64,000 nucleotides of DNA from Acidobacteriota bacterium (GTDB lineage Bacteria > Acidobacteriota > Polarisedimenticolia > Polarisedimenticolales > DASRJG01). The translations under genes and the position numbers were made by a program. The notes beneath the pieces are model-generated. The model did no database searches. It was not told where the DNA came from and saw only the letters and a list, made by a program, of their open reading frames with translations. The DNA is taken from contig JANMVW010000171.1 in the NCBI GenBank assembly GCA_031393555.1, forward strand, positions 3,334 to 67,333. The letters run 5' to 3'. Shown here piece by piece: positions 61,292 through 64,000 of this stretch. Positions within the stretch are counted from its first letter, which is position 1. Every line of letters begins with the position of its first letter.

Positions 61292-62635
61292 GTGCAAAAG
61301 CCGGTCTTCATCTGCCAGCAGTGCGGATTCGCCAGCGGCAAGTGGCACGGTCGCTGCCCGTCTTGCGACGCGTGGGACAGTTTCGTCGAAGAGGCTTCGT
61401 CGCCGGCGCGTCGGGGCGCGCCCGTTCGCACGCCGGAACCGGTCCCCTATCCCGATGTCGCGAGCGCGGATCTCGTCCGCACCTCGACCGGCCTTCCCGA
61501 GTTCGACCGCGTCTTGGGGGGAGGTCTGGTTCCCGGCGGCGTGGTGCTTTTGGGAGGCGAGCCCGGTGTCGGGAAGAGCACGCTTTTGCTCCAATCCGCC
61601 TCGGCGCTCGCGAACGGAGGACGGCGCGTTCTCTACGCCTCGGGCGAGGAGTCACCCGCGCAGCTGCGACTGCGTGGAGCGCGCCTCGACGTCAGTTCGG
61701 CGAACCTGCTCGTGCTCTCCGAAACCGACGTCGATGCGATCGCCGAGGCCGCGAAACGCTCGCGGATCGACGTCTTGCTCGTCGACTCGATCCAGGCCGT
61801 GCGCTGCGGGGAGTTGGCGTCGGTTCCCGGTTCCGTCGGTCAGGTCCGGGAATCCGCGGCGCGTCTGGTCGCCTTGGCCAAATCGAGCGGGATTCCCGTC
61901 GTCCTGGTGGGTCATGTCACCAAGGACGGATCGATCGCGGGACCGCGCACACTCGAGCACGTCGTCGACACGGTGATTCAGTTCGAAGGGGACCGGCACC
62001 ACGCCCATCGCATCCTGCGAGCCCTCAAAAACCGGTTCGGTCCCGCGGACGAGATCGGAGTCTTTTCGATGGGCGAGGCGGGGCTTTGCGGAATCCCCAA
62101 CCCGAGCGAGGTCTTCCTCGCGGAGCGCGCCCCGGGAGCTCCCGGATCCGCCGTCCTTGCGGTGATCGAAGGGTCGCGCCCACTCCTCGTCGAGGTGCAG
62201 GCGCTCGTGGGAGAGACGGCTTACGGCTCGCCGCGGCGCGTCGCTCTCGGAGTCGACGCAGGTCGTCTGGCGATGATCTTGGCGGTCCTTGCGCGCCGCG
62301 CGGGGATCGACGTCGGCGGGCGCGACGTATTCGTCAACGTCGCCGGAGGATTGGAAACGACCGAGCCGGCTGCGGATCTCGCGGTGGCGCTCGCGGCGAG
62401 TTCCAGCCTCACCGGCCGCCCGCTCGCCGAGCGAACGACGGTCCTCGGAGAGATCGGGCTGGCCGGCGAGATCCGAAGCGTCTCCCGACTGGACGCACGG
62501 TTGCGCGAAGCCGCACGCCTCGGATTCGATACCGCCCTCGTGCCGGCGGGCGCGGCTTCGGCGGTCTCGTCCGGCCTTCGCCTCGTCGCCGTGCGCCACC
62601 TCGCGGAAGCGCTCGCCGCGGCGAACGTGGCCTGA
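61292..62635 (+). CDS. radA: DNA repair protein RadA/Sms
   Basis: The zinc finger is CQQCGFASGKWHGRCPSCDAW. Walker A GEPGVGKST, KNRFG and a Lon-like C-terminal domain are present. Confidence 0.95.
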   Translation: MQKPVFICQQCGFASGKWHGRCPSCDAWDSFVEEASSPARRGAPVRTPEPVPYPDVASADLVRTSTGLPEFDRVLGGGLVPGGVVLLGGEPGVGKSTLLLQSASALANGGRRVLYASGEESPAQLRLRGARLDVSSANLLVLSETDVDAIAEAAKRSRIDVLLVDSIQAVRCGELASVPGSVGQVRESAARLVALAKSSGIPVVLVGHVTKDGSIAGPRTLEHVVDTVIQFEGDRHHAHRILRALKNRFGPADEIGVFSMGEAGLCGIPNPSEVFLAERAPGAPGSAVLAVIEGSRPLLVEVQALVGETAYGSPRRVALGVDAGRLAMILAVLARRAGIDVGGRDVFVNVAGGLETTEPAADLAVALAASSSLTGRPLAERTTVLGEIGLAGEIRSVSRLDARLREAARLGFDTALVPAGAASAVSSGLRLVAVRHLAEALAAANVA

Positions 62636-62637
62636 CC

Positions 62638-63423
62638 GTGCGTCGATCCGTGACCGTTCGCGCGATCGTCTTCGGAGTCGCGCTGCTCCTCGTCGCCGCG
62701 GCGGCGGGACGGATGCGCTTCCGGCCGGTCTCCTTGATCGCCGCAGGGGCCACTCTGGTTCTGGCGGGTGAGATTCTGATCGCCCTGTGGGCGCGCGGAG
62801 CGACCCCCCAGAAAGAATCGACGGCCCGCTCGCGCGAAGCGTTGATCGATACGTCCGCGCTGATCGACGGCCGCCTCGCCGACGTCGCCGAAAGCGGCTT
62901 CCTCGACCTCGACCTCATCGTCCCCGAGTTCGTGCTCCGGGAATTGCAGCACGTGGCCGATTCCGAAGATCCGATGCGGCGCGCGCGAGGCCGTCGGGGG
63001 CTCGACGTCTTGCAGGCGTTGCGCGCTTCGACGCGGCTGCCGCTGCGCGTCGTCGACGACGACGTGCCGGAAGAACGCGCCGTCGACCTCAAGCTCGTCG
63101 TCTTGGCCCGGCGGCGCGGCGCGGGGTTGATCACGACCGATTTCACGCTGAACAAGGTCGCGGGCATTCGGGACGTCCTCGTGTTGAACGTCAATGACCT
63201 CGCGCACGCCCTGCGCCCGGTGGTCCTCCCCGGAGAAACTCTTCGCGTGACGATCGTCAAGGACGGCAAGGAGCCGGGCCAGGGGGTCGGCTACCTCCCC
63301 GACGGGACGATGATCGTGGTCGAGCAGGCGCGCGGGTTCTCCGGACGCACGCTCGACGTCGTGGTGACGAGCGCGATCCAGACGGCGGCCGGAAAGATGT
63401 TCTTCGCGAAACCCGCGGAGTGA
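62638..63423 (+). CDS. PIN/TRAM domain membrane-anchored protein (YacL-like)
   Basis: An N-terminal TM pair is followed by a PIN domain (LIDTSALIDGRL...TTDFTLNKVA) and a TRAM domain (GETLRVTIVKDGKEPGQGVGYLPDGTMIVVE). GTG 62638 lies 2 nt after the radA stop. Confidence 0.8.
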   Translation: MRRSVTVRAIVFGVALLLVAAAAGRMRFRPVSLIAAGATLVLAGEILIALWARGATPQKESTARSREALIDTSALIDGRLADVAESGFLDLDLIVPEFVLRELQHVADSEDPMRRARGRRGLDVLQALRASTRLPLRVVDDDVPEERAVDLKLVVLARRRGAGLITTDFTLNKVAGIRDVLVLNVNDLAHALRPVVLPGETLRVTIVKDGKEPGQGVGYLPDGTMIVVEQARGFSGRTLDVVVTSAIQTAAGKMFFAKPAE

Positions 63424-63456
63424 CCGTTAACTCCTAACGCAAACCGTTTCGCACGC

Positions 63457-63702
63457 TCATCGATAAAACCAGGCTCGCAACTCCGACTCCGGCACGAACA
63501 GGCACGCTTGCCGGGAGATCGCCCGCAGCGTGCCGGAGGCGATCTCGCGGTGGAGCGGAATCGTCAAGATCTCGACCTCCCCCGCTTCGTTCTTGCGACG
63601 GAGTTTGGCGTGGCTTCCCGGCGTCAAGGCGACTTCGAACCCGAACGAAGCCAGCGCCTGCAAAACGTCGCGTGCGGAGAGCACCCTAAGCCGGGGTGTC
63701 AC
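63457..63702 (-). CDS. hicA: Type II toxin-antitoxin system HicA-family toxin
   Basis: ...LSARDVLQALASFGFEVALTPGSHAKLRRKNEAGEVEILTIPLHREIASGTLRAISRQA matches the HicA/YcfA pattern. The start is inferred at GTG 63702, with 63684 as an alternative. Confidence 0.7.
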   Translation of the reverse strand: MTPRLRVLSARDVLQALASFGFEVALTPGSHAKLRRKNEAGEVEILTIPLHREIASGTLRAISRQACLFVPESELRAWFYR

Positions 63703-63964
63703 CGTCGCCCACCGACGTCTCGCACTGAAGGACCAGTCGCGGAGAGGGCACGAGCCCCAGAGACGCGGTGTCTTCGCCGTCGAGGTGCAACGCGACGGCT
63801 TCGCGCAGCGCCTCGGCCGTCTCGTCGAGCGATCGCCCCTGCGTGACGACGGCGATCTCGAGGCATTCGGCGACGAACCACGCCCCCTCGCGCACGACGA
63901 CCGCGTGCACCGTGCCACGCGGCGGGTGGGGTTTGGCGCGGTACGTGGCGCGTGCTTCAGCCAC
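63686..63964 (-). CDS. hicB: HicB-family antitoxin (N-terminal RNase-H-like/UPF0150 domain)
   Basis: TVHAVVVREGAWFVAECLEIAVVTQGRSLDETAEALREAVALHLDGE matches the HicB N-domain pattern. It lies directly upstream of hicA and overlaps it. Confidence 0.65.
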   Translation of the reverse strand: MAEARATYRAKPHPPRGTVHAVVVREGAWFVAECLEIAVVTQGRSLDETAEALREAVALHLDGEDTASLGLVPSPRLVLQCETSVGDGDTPA

Positions 63965-64000
63965 CGCAAGCGCCGAGGCTTCTTTGGCTGCACGGCGATG

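Noticed and set aside
61321-62637. First 439 codons of ORF 61321..63423, overlapping radA in another frame
   Set aside because: Only the last 261 codons encode recognisable sequence (the PIN/TRAM protein). The upstream part is an Arg-rich read-through across radA. The true start is GTG 62638.

Overview
The window is GC-rich (roughly two-thirds G+C by eye) and is densely packed bacterial chromosome from a diderm organism. I cannot name the phylum from sequence alone; the gene content and Lys/Ala-rich protein tails would fit an Acidobacteriota-like lineage, but that is a guess. About 55 genes are supported, mostly on the minus strand, and almost all are housekeeping.

Genes by group:
- Envelope: a giant TamB-like/Omp85 gene, a TPR protein, a LolB-like lipoprotein, the S41 protease Ctp, and an EnvC-like M23 peptidase.
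- tRNA ligases: glyQ, glyS, aspS, hisS.
- The conserved phoH / 7TM-HD / ybeY / corC / era / recO cluster.
- Central metabolism: ppdK, ackA, a fused E1 alpha/beta dehydrogenase, and an acyl-CoA carboxylase operon in the order BC-CT-BCCP.
- A trpE-G-D-C-B-A-aroF operon.
- Translation: rpsF-rpsR-rplI and ispE-prs-rplY-pth.
- Replication and repair: dnaB, radA, and a PIN/TRAM gene.
- A hicB-hicA pair at the 3' edge.

I found no rRNA, tRNA, CRISPR array or transposable element. Many ORF-track entries are GC-driven antisense shadows or 5' over-extensions. I re-called starts using RBS motifs and a very consistent ATGA/GTGA/TTGA stop-start overlap pattern.

Most interesting observations:
1. One uninterrupted frame encodes a full-length TamB-like protein covalently fused to a POTRA+Omp85 barrel, which would be a single polypeptide spanning both membranes.
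2. A textbook-style ribosome-mediated trp attenuator sits directly upstream of trpE. It has a leader peptide with TGG-TGG-TGG plus a fourth TGG, a candidate antiterminator, and an 11-bp hairpin followed by a U8 terminator. The ORF track missed it, and the terminator is wrongly absorbed into the trpE ORF.
3. A bona fide DksA homolog carries a histone-H1-like AKP-rich N-terminal tail and a polyacidic C-terminal tail, behind a near-consensus promoter.

Nothing here resembles a defence island or a large novel multi-gene system.
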